Positions 50,301 through 63,657 of a stretch of DNA of 64,000 bases are shown piece after piece. How positions within the stretch are numbered: the first letter of the stretch is position 1; each line of letters begins with the position of its first letter. This DNA comes from Paraspadella gotoi (taxonomy: Eukaryota > Animalia > Chaetognatha): NCBI GenBank assembly GCA_051294375.1, contig CM119268.1:11614200-11678199 (forward strand). Reading direction: 5' to 3'. A program made the position numbers and the translations under genes. The notes beneath the pieces are model-generated. The model was not told the origin of the DNA. It ran no database searches and worked only from the letters and a program-made list of their open reading frames with translations.

Positions 50301-51419
50301 TTATGGATCCCGAAAGAGGCGGCGCCGAATCAAAAGTCTTTGAAATGATCCAATAAAAACATAAATAACCAAGAATTAAGTTTTAAGTAATTAACGCAAA
50401 GAATGAAAAAAACTTGGAGACGTATATAACGTCGGGCCGGCGGGGCGAATTCGTTTTGACTCTCATTTTCCCGGTGTACCTTCGTCGCAGCTTCGGGGCA
50501 TCATTTTTCCCCGGGTTTTCCCGTCACTCAATTTTTTTTTCCTTTTTCTTTCTTTCTTTCTTTTTTTTTAAAGATTTTGTTCGAATTTAAAATTAAGTTG
50601 GTGATCGCAGCGGCGGCGCGGTGCTGCCGCGTTGCCCGGCGGCGAGGCCGGCGGTTATTCGCGTGCCGAGGAAACTTGACTTTAACTTTGAAATTCATTC
50701 TTAAAATTATCTTAATTACAAAGACGTCATTTCGAAAGCCTTTTAATTATTTACAATTTTAATGTGCGTAATTATAAACAATTTTACAAAAGTCACCGAG
50801 TTTTATTCAATCGGTGCAACCAATATAAAAATTATCGATTCATTAAATATGGAAAATACCTTGTTCCTGAATTTTGACAGTGAATGAAAATTATTGACTT
50901 GAAATTATTGAAATTATTGATTAGTTGAAAACAAATGAAATTTAAATGAAATTGAAACATGATCTTCTAATGAACGATTTTCTGTTTAAAAGAGCTTCTG
51001 ATTGGTTTATTCCTAGCGCCGAGTTTTAATGACTTGAATGGATTTTGTTTTTAAGTAGGTCCTTGTTTTAACTTTGAGAGGACGTCTTGACTGATTGATT
51101 CTCAAAATCATTGGATAAAGAAAAGAAAAGGAAAGGACGAGAGAGCAGAAAGAGTGATGAGAGAGAGAAGAGGAGAGAGAGGAGAGACAAGAAGAAGAGA
51201 GACGAGATGAAGAGAGAGAGAGAGAATATATAATTTTTCACCAACAATTATACATATATCTGAAGATAAACAAAACATTCACAATCCTAATTTTGACCAA
51301 TTTTTTGCCCCACTCGGTCAGAAAAGCCAAGTCGTCTCTCATGTCATCGTCTCCGTTGTTTTCCTAAACGAATTCTAAACCGTAATTAAAGAATACATCG
51401 TCTTTGACGTCATCGATGG

Positions 51420-51464
<45 letters not shown>

Positions 51465-51592
51465 ACAGCGTCACGATTCCTTTGCAATGGAATCGAAATG
51501 AAGAACTCAGATGATGACTTTTGTTTCGCTTCGGCGCCCAACGTCAATAAAGAGAAAAGAAAATCCTCTCCTCGCTGGTCACCCTTGACTGG

Positions 51593-51654
<62 letters not shown>

Positions 51655-51828
51655 AATTATTCAGTTTTAACGTCATCGTCACCCACGACTGCAGTCGGGG
51701 TTTCATCTTTTTCTTTTTTCCATTTCTTTTTTTCTTCCCTTTATCGATCTAATTTGTAGTTGTAATATGTATATTTATGTCTATGTAGACAGATAAGGAT
51801 TAAAAGAGAATTTCTCAAATTTACTTAC

Positions 51829-51831
51829 CAT
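51829..51831 (-). CDS. TFAP2: Candidate AP-2 alternative first exon contributing only Met
   Basis: cgaaATG|gtaagt: consensus donor directly after ATG, with an in-frame stop upstream. Confidence 0.45.
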
Positions 51832-52440
51832 TTCGAAACACAAGCTGCCTCACCACTGATTCTAGGCAAGTCGCAATGGCTCAGCGAGCTATCTTATCTT
51901 AACCGTCCCTTCCGTCTTCAAATCCCGGGGGGGCGGGGGGGGCCTCCCCCTTTGCTTGAAAAGAGAGATGGTACGAGTACATCCGCGCCTCTGGTTAGTG
52001 GCGAACCACTAAGGGTCTGATGTCCCTAATGCTTGCCGCTAAGATGTCTCTCGCCCCGCGTATTACGAGTGATTCCTAACATTGTTAAACTATCCAATTA
52101 CCTATTTCTTAACGAACAAACTTTATCTCTTTAAATTTAAATTAATACGTTGAACACCAAAATTCATGACGGAGCGCCGTTTCAGCTCAAACGTTGGTGT
52201 TTTCTCTAGCGGCCAAACCGAACGTTTGTGAGTTTTAACAAAAATATATGAAATAAAACCATAATTACACTTCATAACGTCCTAAAGCCCGACTAGTAGA
52301 TGCAGGGCTTTGATTCACCTCACAGCTCATTTTCTTTTATAGACATCCTTCAATGTGTTTGTAAACTCGGCGTCGTTACATCTTAATTTTGCCTCCAACT
52401 AATAACATTCTTCAAAATTAGATAAAAAAAAATCGTTTAC

Positions 52441-52467
52441 CTGCAGAGAAAACATTTCCAGCGTCAT
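52441..52467 (-). CDS. TFAP2: Candidate AP-2 alternative first coding exon (MTLEMFSLQ)
   Basis: ATG ACG CTG GAA ATG TTT TCT CTG CAG|gtaaac, phase 0; triple CCAAT ~700 bp upstream. Confidence 0.5.
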
Positions 52468-52764
52468 GGAGATGGCTGAAGTGTCAGAAGGTAATGACAG
52501 AAGCGATGAAAGAAGCGCTGATAGAGGCGGCTTAGGACGCGCCCTTTTTCAATCTTTCTTTTTCCTCAGTTTTCTTTGTTTATTTTTTCGAGTTTCAACA
52601 AAACTTGGTTTCCACTTGAAATTCATTCGAGTTTTTCCTCTTTATTGCCGACGACCATATTTAAAAAAAAAGGAAAAGAAAAATGTTTCTTTTTAATTTT
52701 ATTTTTTATAATTTTTTCTGTCCACTTGTGAGAGGAAAGACGATAATCTTGTTATGAACAAAGA

Positions 52765-52798
<34 letters not shown>

Positions 52799-53181
52799 AA
52801 TTTTCAATGAGGTCCAATCATTGTAGGTGAGATGATTGCCAATCTTTTTTTTTTTTTGTTCGGAGCGCTTTCTCTTTTTTCCTTCTTTCTTTTAACTCTT
52901 TTTCACTCTCTCTCACTCTCTTTCTTTGTTCACCGATTTGCCGCTCGGGTCCTCGAGCTGCACCCTCTCGACGCGTTTGAAGAGCCGCTTGGAGGGCGCC
53001 CTTGGAGAGCGCTTAAATCCCCCCTCGCTCTCTTTTCTCTCTCTCTCTCTCTCGAAGTGCCGCACCGAAGTCCTTTTTTTTCCTCCCCCGAATGCGGATA
53101 GAAATCGGAGAGGCAAATGGGAGAGAAAAGGGAGAAATGGGTCCTTGAGACGAGATGGAGATGAAGAGGGTTGGGCGATTT

Positions 53182-53210
53182 GATTGGTTGTTGATTGGTG
53201 GTTGATTGGT
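53182..53210 (-). promoter_or_regulatory. Three tandem CCAAT boxes, candidate AP-2 promoter element
   Basis: Plus strand gattggttgttgattggtggttgattggt = three CCAATC on minus, 11 bp apart, upstream of the 52441-52467 exon. Confidence 0.4.
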
Positions 53211-53389
53211 CGTTGGCGACCGCTGGTTGGTAGTTTAGTAAGATTTAAGAAATTATCGGGGGATGAACAGAAGGCGTTGGTTCTTAGTTGGTTGGCGACG
53301 TTGCTCGTTGGTTCTAAGTTCGTTAGCAATAATAAAATGAAAGTCTTGAATGTCCTTGATAGATATGGATGAGATTAGAAGATTAAGAT

Positions 53390-54094
53390 NNNNNNNNNNN
53401 NNNNNNNNNNNNNNNNNNNNNNNNNNNNNNNNNNNNNNNNNNNNNNNNNNNNNNNNNNNNNNNNNNNNNNNNNNNNNNNNNNNNNNNNNNNNNNNNNNNN
53501 NNNNNNNNNNNNNNNNNNNNNNNNNNNNNNNNNNNNNNNNNNNNNNNNNNNNNNNNNNNNNNNNNNNNNNNNNNNNNNNNNNNNNNNNNNNNNNNNNNNN
53601 NNNNNNNNNNNNNNNNNNNNNNNNNNNNNNNNNNNNNNNNNNNNNNNNNNNNNNNNNNNNNNNNNNNNNNNNNNNNNNNNNNNNNNNNNNNNNNNNNNNN
53701 NNNNNNNNNNNNNNNNNNNNNNNNNNNNNNNNNNNNNNNNNNNNNNNNNNNNNNNNNNNNNNNNNNNNNNNNNNNNNNNNNNNNNNNNNNNNNNNNNNNN
53801 NNNNNNNNNNNNNNNNNNNNNNNNNNNNNNNNNNNNNNNNNNNNNNNNNNNNNNNNNNNNNNNNNNNNNNNNNNNNNNNNNNNNNNNNNNNNNNNNNNNN
53901 NNNNNNNNNNNNNNNNNNNNNNNNNNNNNNNNNNNNNNNNNNNNNNNNNNNNNNNNNNNNNNNNNNNNNNNNNNNNNNNNNNNNNNNNNNNNNNNNNNNN
54001 NNNNNNNNNNNNNNNNNNNNNNNNNNNNNNNNNNNNNNNNNNNNNNNNNNNNNNNNNNNNNNNNNNNNNNNNNNNNNNNNNNNNNNNNNNNNNN
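53390..54094. other. Assembly gap in the AP-2 5' region
   Basis: Run of N. Confidence 1.
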
Positions 54095-54125
<31 letters not shown>

Positions 54126-54248
54126 AGCGTTTCCACTATTAAATTAATCCTACTCATTTTTAAAAATTCTTTCATCTATTATATGGAGAAGGTTGAACTT
54201 TAATGAAAATAATTGAACTAAAATTGTAAAAATTTTTACACCACTTAC

Positions 54249-54269
54249 CTCTTCTAAATTAGATTTCAT
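54249..54269 (-). CDS. TFAP2: Candidate AP-2 alternative first coding exon (MKSNLEE)
   Basis: gacATG AAA TCT AAT TTA GAA GAG|gtaagt; consensus donor, phase 0. Confidence 0.55.
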
Positions 54270-57200
54270 GTCAAGAGTAGAAAAAGATGCCAAGAGTAAA
54301 ACGCAGGAGGAGGAAGAGGAGGAAGAGGAAAAGCGTTATCGGCGATTAATTCGAAGCGCGAAAGTTTTTCGACTTTTCGATCGGAAAAACTGATTCGATC
54401 TCGAAGATGAGATATCGAAATAGCAAAAAGTTTTCATTAAATCCGGGTAGAATAAGAGGTTTCTATTAAATCCGGGTAGAAAAATGGGATTTTCTCTCTT
54501 AATTTGGATCATTAATAAATATTCAATTTTCCTGAATCAATCTCGACATTGTATTTAATTTCAGTAGCTCAAAGTCAAACGCATTTCGCATTTCTAATAC
54601 TGCTAGCCTTTTTATTCAAAATCCTGATTATTTTATTTTGGATTTATCCACTTGTTACATTCTTTCCGTCGGTAGTTAAGATTTCTTTTGCTACAACCGA
54701 ACCCATCGGATTAAGAAATGAGAAAGAAATGGCAAATCGTATCTCAACTTCCCAAGACGGCGTCCAATCCTCTTCTGCGCCATTTTCAATCAAAACTTTT
54801 TTCAGACTCTTTTTTTTCCTCCTCTTTGACCCGAATTCTTTTCCCCCGAAAAATCGGAGATGCCCAATTTCCCATGGCCTCGTTTGACCACGAGGCCCCC
54901 ACGTTGTCTCTCGCCGCCCCACGGTGTCCGAGGATTGGTCGAACCCTCTTCTCCCTGAAACTCTTCCAATTTCATTTCGCCCTCGAACTTTCGACGACCA
55001 TGACCCCAACACCCTTCGTCGCCCTTTCACGCCGTCGCACCTTTTTTTTAGTCACCCCTTTTCACTCCAAATCGCAGCCCGCGATTCGATCCTTAAACGG
55101 AGTTACCGTTTTTACATTTCTCGAGAAACTCCGTCTTTTCCTTAAAAGCCTCACATCCGCTCCAACGTGCACCATTCACATCACTTCAACGACACTCACA
55201 TCACCCACCCCACGCGGTTTGCGGTTTCTCAATCCCCTTTCACCCATCCACGGTTCAAGGCAAACTCTGACCCCCACCGAATGAGCCGACTCCCCGCTCG
55301 GCCGACGGACCCAACTTGCGCCCCAAAACCTCGGGGCAGAAAAGTGGACAAACGGACAACCGGACCCCCCGAGGAGAGAGACTTTCCCTTGTAGCTGACG
55401 ACGACGACGATCAAGACGACGACGAAGACGTCGAGGAAAATGGCGGACTAGAAAATAGTTAAGGCGCTGTATCGTGGCCGGGATATATAGGGATCGAGAC
55501 CGGTGATATTTGAAGAAAAAAAAAATTTGATGAAAGAAATGGCGGCTTAAATGTTTTTATTTCAAATACACACAATATTCTAAAAATCTTGTCGGCTTAT
55601 TGTTAATTTTTTTTTCATTGTGTTAATTTAAATATTTATATTTTGTTGAATTGTAAACTGTACAATTGTTTATCTGTAATTCTGTATGCCCTTTTGAATG
55701 TACAGTTTCAACTAATTGTTGTAAACGAATAAAACACACACAAAATACTCTACTCAAACAACACTAACATTGACAACGACCATAATAACGACGACGATTT
55801 TGAGAAGATTACGTAGGTGAAAGACGACGACGACGACGACGACGACGACGACCACGAAGACCTACATTGAGCGTCACCCCGTCTTCGAAAACGAGAGCGA
55901 ATGTGACAGATTGACGCGCGACGGTAAAACAGCCACCACCATGCATTCTACGTTGAAGACCTCCTCGTGGTCCACAGCAATCCCGTCGCCAATAAACGTA
56001 AAAATGTCGGGATTTGAGGTGGAAACGAAATAATTTTAAAAAATGGGTTTTTCGTTTCAGTGGAATTAAATTTCGTCTCGAGGCGATCGGCGAAAGGCTG
56101 AAAGTGGGTGGCGAAAGAAGTGGAACAACGGCGGTGGATTGTCAAGAGAGCGATGGAATTCAGCGTGGCGCCACGCCAAGAGATACTGGAACAAAGTAAG
56201 ATCTTGCTTGGCGAAAGAGACTCCCGATGAGATTCGCCGGAAGAAGCCAATCAAAGGCAATCAAATGAAGACTCTTCTCTTTTTACATCGATTTGTAACG
56301 GAACGTGACAATTTTTTTTTCCATTTTCGATAACCGGTCAAACTGGAATTGTTTCCGGTAATTCCAAGTAAATGATCGGCTAAAAAAGATAATTAATGGA
56401 GAAAAAGATAATGAATGAGTAAGAAGGTTAATTTTTTTAAGAATAATAAAAAAAAAGATAAAGACCACAACGTCGAGAGCGGATTTTGTCTCGTCAGGAA
56501 AAAACTCACTTCCTGCGGTTAAAAGTTGAACGATTCAAACTTAAATGTTAATGTAAAGAATCTAATTACTTTCGGTTTACATTGTAAAAAAAAATAACGG
56601 TGAACAGCATTGATTTATTAGCATATCGACTGAAACTCAGCTATCTTAACTATCTCTTAAAATGCCATTCGATTGATTTTAAAATGACTGTTAAATTAAG
56701 TTTTGAATAGTTACAACTTAAAACACAATTCGACGCTTAACATGCTCAGCTCCGGCCACTGGATTTCCATTTTCGATCGTACGCGATCGTCTTATCTCCC
56801 TTTTCGTTTCGGTTTCTTCCTCCAAAAAAAAAAACCGCAAAGAGTTTCCCTCAAAAATGCGGAGGAACGAGATTTTGGGTCGGTCGTTCGGAGAAGCGAA
56901 GATCCGACGAAATAAACTACTTTTAATTGGAGATGGTCTCGTCGTTAATGGTGTTGTTAAAGAGGGTGGTGGTGGTAAAATGTTGTGGTAGGGGTGGTGT
57001 TGGGTGGACAGAGGGTGGAGGACCGGTGGTCGCGGAGTTGTGTTCGTGTTCAATCATGGTCGCTCTTATCGACGTCGTTGATATCAGATGACATTGTCAT
57101 TGTCTGAACGAAAGGTCCAAGTAACATGGATACTCTTCGATGGTCGACTCAAAGATTGTCGTTGTTGTTGTCGTGCTGTTTATTGTCTTCAACATCGTCG

Positions 57201-57342
57201 TCATTTGCGAATCATTTATTTTCAAGAAAAAAATGAATAATTATCCAATATTTCGTCACATCAAGTTTCATACAATGTAGGTCGAAAATTTCTTTCCTCT
57301 CTCTCTCTTTCTCTCTTCTCCTCTCTCTCTCTCTCTCTCCTA

Positions 57343-57383
<41 letters not shown>

Positions 57384-57863
57384 CTTCTCTCTCTTCTCTC
57401 TCTATCTTTTCGTGTCCTGGACCATTGACCCAGGGACGAAACGGGGTCGAATCTATGAGCTGTCACGAAAAAAAGTAAGGAAAAGTAGCGGGATCACTTG
57501 GCGGGTATTAGTTGCGCAACTTTGCTCATTCTTAGCACCAAACGTCAGACTGGAAACATGAAAAATGACGAAAAAATGAAATACGATTAGACAACAATGG
57601 CCACCAACGAAATATTCTCGTTTCTGACCCAAAGATAAAAGTCTATTTCTCTTCGGCCAGAAAGTCGAGGCACCGGTTCCTCATCCTCTTCGACTCAATG
57701 GCACCATGAAAATTTAATTAGGCCAGGGCAGGAGGGAGGAGGAAGAGAGGAAGAGGAAGGAGGAGGAGAGGAGGAAGGCGACAGGAGCAAAATGAAGCGA
57801 AGTAAAAGTGACAAGGGAGCCATATTCATGATGAGCGATAATGGAAGGGCGGAGAAGATTCAT

Positions 57864-57938
<75 letters not shown>

Positions 57939-58493
57939 GAGACGAGAGAGAGAGAGAGAGAGAGAGATGATGTAAGAGGAGTCTAACGAGACCCTTCGCC
58001 GATCGAACACGCCAATGATTAACCGCGCTTGGTTCAAAGAGGTCGCCTCGACATCGTCGTCGTCGTCGTCGTGTCGCCACCTTGCGCGTTGCATTATGTA
58101 AGAGACACTTACCAGTTTCCTTCTGTCGCGATGGTTATTTCTCGAATTCGACCCTCACTCTTTTCTGCCCTTTCGACCTTTTCGAACCTCACCTCGTCCG
58201 CTCTCTTCGCCTTACCCTCTCGACCTCGTGCAAAATGCGGCGGCGGACGAGAACAACACGGTGAAACAGAGACGAACGAGGGAGCGAACAAGGAGGACGA
58301 ACAAAGAACGGAACGGCGCTGAAAACGAAGCGCACGAAGAGAAAATTGAAACTATTTCGAAGTAAACATGGCGAAGGTCGGTTTTGGCCGACTAAGAAAA
58401 AAAAAGTTAAAGAAAGAAAAATCATTTCATTGAACTGAATTTTTAATTCTAGTTGTGCGGTTGGATGTATGCTTTTGGCTTCATGCGGCCATC

Positions 58494-58536
<43 letters not shown>

Positions 58537-58803
58537 CTTCCTCTCTCTCTCTCCTCTCTCTCCTCTCTCGTAACGACATTTCATGAAACGAATTCTGAGT
58601 CGTATTATTTTTTTATAAAAAAATATTTATTGTCGTCGGCCTCGGATAAGTTTTTTTCTGAGTGAGACTCTCTCTCTTTCAATTCATGCTCTGCGAATCA
58701 GGAACAGTAGCATTCCAAAAACTTGAAATGGCTGAAGAAAGATCGGAGCATTCGTATTTTGAGATCGTATCGTCATCGACGTCGAAATCATAATCTTTAT
58801 CAA

Positions 58804-58895
<92 letters not shown>
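58804..58895 (+). repeat. Compound (CAT)n(CGT)n microsatellite
   Basis: Directly visible. Confidence 0.95.
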
Positions 58896-59248
58896 TGGCG
58901 CCGAATTATTTGTAATTGTAGACCTTCATTCGAAAAAGAAATAATCAGAAAAAAAAGGATATATATGTATAATTGTGTATACTAAGTAAATCTATTTTTC
59001 CAAGAAAAAAAAGAGAACTGTAGGATAAAAATATAACTGTTGGACTGATAAAGTAGGAATAAACTTAAAATACTTAAGTATACGTAAGAGAAAAGCCAAA
59101 AAGAAAAGCTGAATAAAAAAATGGCTGATTTACTTACTAAATCTTTGTTAAAAAAAGAAAGAGAAATGAAAGTAAAATTCTTTCAAATGTGACAATCCTA
59201 GGTTACGAGAGTGAGGTTCCAATCTTGAGAGCAAATCGGACACTGGAT

Positions 59249-59658
59249 GCCGCGGGCCCAGGATATGGACATAACTGGCAAATATTGGCGTGGAAAAGGT
59301 GTGCCCGGAGGGTTTGGGCCACGCCCTCCGGGGACGCGGAGCGTCCTTCGAAAAAATGGCGTGCCCATCGGGGCAGAGGCGAGCCCGTCGGCTCAAAGGC
59401 GAGCCCGGCGGGGCAGAACAGACGACCGCGCAGGGTAAATGACCAAAGCGTTGCAATACCTGTTGATTGTCTGCCGGGTCGAAATCGAGCCCGTTAGGGC
59501 CGATAAGGGCCCGCTAGGGCTGAGCCACCGTATCGAGTGGCCGCTGGTATGCCCATCGGGGTTTAGAACGCGCAACGAAGATTCCTTCAGACCGCAAAGA
59601 GGCGTGCCCGACGGGGTAGAGGAGACTCCGATTGATGCGGACGGGAACCCGGCGGGGC
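59249..59658. promoter_or_regulatory. GC-rich array of AP-2-type sites / degenerate 20-bp minisatellite
   Basis: About 11 copies of (G)CC-N3/4-GG(G/C)-like motifs, several exactly 20 bp apart. Confidence 0.45.
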
Positions 59659-60054
59659 TGGGCGGCGATTTTTAATCTCGACTTTTCGTTTTGTCGATTT
59701 TGTCTCGATAAACGTCGATGATTGGAGGAGGGAAGGAAAGTATATTAGCCAATGGGAGCAAAGAATGGGAAGATCTATCGAATAGCTATATTACATTATG
59801 TTGTCCTAACAGATAATTTTGTATTTGAAGTTATTTATCTTTTATGTAATTAATATCATTCATAGTCATTTTACCAATTTACCATTTTACCATTTTGCCA
59901 TTTCGCCGCTCAACGCCGTGGGATTTCCTCGCGGTCGAATTCCTTCAATCGCCACCCGACAACTGCGTCTGTCCTCCAACTGTTTACGACACTCACCCGC
60001 TGAGCGCCCAAGGTAAGTCCAGCGGGAATTATCAATTTCGAAACCGACATTCTC

Positions 60055-60223
60055 TCTCTTTCTTTCTCTTACTTTCTCTCTCTCTCTCTTCCCTTCTCTC
60101 TCCGTCTCTCCTCCTCCTCTCTCTCTCTTCTTCGTAACGTGAGATGGGTGGAATCGATTTTGATTTTGGGTCTTCGTCGTCGTCGTCGTTGTCGTCGTGG
60201 GCGTTGATTCGCCGTCGCCTGTC
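60055..60223 (+). repeat. Duplicate of ~63565-63744
   Basis: CT tract + gtaacgtgagatgggtggaat.gattttgattttgggtcttcgtcgtcg..gccgtcg..cctgtc; this copy stops at a 25-N gap. Confidence 0.8.
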
Positions 60224-60262
60224 NNNNNNNNNNNNNNNNNNNNNNNNNCTCTCTCCTCTCCT

Positions 60263-60298
<36 letters not shown>

Positions 60299-63094
60299 CC
60301 TCGATTCTCTCTCCTCTCTGTCTCCTCTCTCTCTCTCATTTCTCTCTCCCTGCTCTCAAATTTCCAAGGAAAACAGAACCGGGTATTTTTTTTTGCGCCT
60401 CGAGTTATTGAAAGAAGAGTTTGTTTAAAAGAGAAGAAATGGATCATAAGAACAAAAAATCTGGAAAAGAAAGTGCGTAACAAAATAGCCGTGGATGTGA
60501 TTTCTAGGTATGCTTTTGGCTCAATCGGCACTCTCTCTCTCATCTCTCCTCCTCTCTCGATCTACTCTCTCTCTCCGTCTCTCTCTCCTCCTCTCTCTCT
60601 CTCTCTTCCTCTTTCAATATTTAAAAAAAGATATAATTTATCTCATAATCGTTTTACGGTGGTTTAAAAAGGTTATTATCTTGAAATTTTCGAAGTAAAC
60701 TGGTCTTCTGACACTTTGAAACAAGATTAAAAAAATCAAAGATTTCACTCACATCTCCTCTTTCTGTGGATTTTTTTTGAATATATTGCCCCCCGTGGGT
60801 GCCACTTCATCAAAGTCTCCTTTTTGAAATCTTTCGCTTCGACTTTCCATTGTAAATGCTAATGGCAAATTTTTTTCCCTCTTTTTTCAGTTGTCGCCAC
60901 TTTTTTGAAATGAACAAAAAAAAACGTGCCATAAATTGTTGTCAGGCCGAAAATCATACGCGCGGTCGACGCTTGACGAGGTTGACGTCCCCGGACATCG
61001 TCATCGGCGCGTCACTCGGTACGTCGTAGTTGACATCGGCGTCGCCGCGTGTCTTAATCTTCCTTGACTTTTGCCACTTAACTTACGACATAGTTAATTT
61101 ATTGAGCTTCGAGTTGGAAAATCGGTCCGTCCGAATTTGATTTTTTAGAAACTATTAATTCGAGATAATTGAATTACCATCGTCGATTCTCCAGCTCATA
61201 TTTCGTCCGACTGTGTGGATTCATTTAGACAATACTCCCTAGCTAGCAAATATGCATACAAAACTATTATTGTTAAAGTTGAAGTAAGATAAGTTTGTAT
61301 AGTTAAGGTTCGTTAGAAAGCGACTCGAAATTAAAATATCTCATCGTAGAAGAACTTACGTCGCAGCATCGTCTCAGTCAAATTTCTGGTATAAAATTAA
61401 ATGTGGACCTGCGCGAGTATGTACAAATTGTACATTGGGACAAAACGCACCTATTATGTTCTTGCGAGTTTTCGCCAAACAAGGAAGACATGGTACTCGT
61501 TTCGGAGTCGAGGCTTATTGTTATCGCTATGGTCGTGCGTCCGTTCGTCGTCCGTCGTCGGCGTACGCCGTGTCCGTCGCGTCTCGTCGTCGTCGTGCGT
61601 CGTCGTCGTTCGGCGTCCTTTAAAATGCTATGAAAACTGACCCAGTTTCTCCACTCCCGCGATTCAAAGCTTCTTTCAAGTCCGCTTCATCCCCACTTGT
61701 GTAATTCGATAACACGTTGAAAAAGCAGCCCGGACAAGAATCCAGATTTGACAGGGGGAAAGGCTGAGGTGGTAGGGCGTGGAGATAATGAGGTGGGTCA
61801 GATTAATATGCGTTGTGATTTCGAATTCAGACCAAGGTTGATCAGTAACAGTACGCGAGCATCAAAAAGAAAAGCTAAAGTCTAAAAACAAAACAAAGTT
61901 ATAGAGATTGCGTGAAAACCACCACCGACAGACAGACTAAAAGGATCCAAATTATCAATTAATCATATTCTCAATCATTAAAGATGCGATTTATTTTTTT
62001 GAGAACCTAAATTTTTCGAATATAGATGTCTTGGAAATAAAAGTTTTTTTGTATGCTGCTGTGTTAAACATGAGTAATAATATCACCAGGTAACAAATAA
62101 GTCCGAAGCTCTCTCAATGCTTATCCACATCGGTTGAATCCAACATACTTATTTCATGAATACATCGATTAATACAGACATAATATCTAGGTTACATGTC
62201 TCTAGCGCAAAAAAGTGTTTTACCGTCACAGCCATATAGTAAGTATAGGGACAACAGATTTTGTATAAACATTTCATTAGAAACTTTCTTCAGTGGTTTA
62301 TACAAACATTAATACAACAATTACTAGATCGATAGAAAGATAAGAGTTCTCTTGCTACCAGGTTTCAAATAGGAACCCCTTGTCGGCTACTCAGGTTAAA
62401 GCCTATAAGATAGAAGTCCATTCTATGTAACAGAGTTTCTATTAGGGTGTCTGTTAAGAAGAAAAGAATAATCTATTATCAAACATCTGTGTAAGGTTTC
62501 CCAAAATACATTACTTTGTTTTTTTAAAACTAATAAGTAACAAATACTGCTCTGAATACTGGAGCACAGATATTTATTAGAGTTTGCATTACCTGCTATT
62601 GTTGTGACAAAAGGCGGCCATGTCGTCAGCATAAAAAATGCTTGCTAAGTAAATGAAGTTTCCTATATGACACCCAAAACAGAATATTGTTTAAATCTTT
62701 TTTTATTAAGTCATTTACATACAAAGCCCAGAAATAAGGGCTTAAGAACCGAACCGCTGCCGTACACCTGACGACACGTATGAAAGATGCACTGATATCT
62801 CCCTTTCCAGCGACTCCTGACTAGTCTAGGTTACTCAATAACCGAGTAAAGCATTAATTTTATAATAAAACAAGATGTGTACAGAATCTATTTGTATGAG
62901 TTTTGTAAAAAGACCATAAATGATGGCACCTTATCAAAACGCCTTGGCTCGCAATCCATAAATGTTGCGCGAAAACGGCCAGAGCCATGAGCTGATTAAA
63001 ATAATTTATCAAGTCCTTTAACGTTAAGCATAGCGGTGAAGTAAGTTGGAGTGACATTTCTTTATATCGCAAAATTGTAAAGTATAATTAATGT

Positions 63095-63205
63095 TAATAT
63101 AATTAATTAATTAATTAATTAACTTAATGTAAATTAATTAATTAATTACATTAATTTAAGTTAATTAATTAATTAATTAATTAATCTAATTAATTAATTA
63201 ATTCT
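63095..63205. repeat. (TTAA)n AT-rich low-complexity repeat
   Basis: Directly visible. Confidence 0.9.
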
Positions 63206-63572
63206 TATTATAAATTGAAAGGTGGGGGTGAAAAGTTGATCGAGAGGGAGACGAAAAATGAGGGTAAACTGTACGATTTGAGGGGTACGTACTACGAGTA
63301 ACTATGCGGCACGGTGACTAGAATGTACAACTCTTCATAAACGGAACCACACCGGACATTTTTTGTGTGAAATTTAAAGAAAAAAATATTCAAATAATCA
63401 ATTTTAAATATTCTCGCCATTGAGAGGACAGAAACATTCTTTCCGCTGGGTGGATTAGAGAAAGAGGAAGAAGGAAAAGGTGACACCGACCTAAACGCCC
63501 ATCGTCGAAAAAAAAAGGAAAGAAAAAGGACGAGGTTTTATATCCAATTGTTATTCTCTTACTGGGTTTCTT

Positions 63573-63605
<33 letters not shown>

Positions 63606-63621
63606 CCCCTCTCCCCACTCG

Positions 63622-63657
<36 letters not shown>

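Noticed and set aside
61900-63070. Compositionally distinct, microsatellite-free block as a transposon remnant
   Set aside because: No recognisable transposase/RT motif, terminal repeats or TSD; cannot be called without a repeat search.
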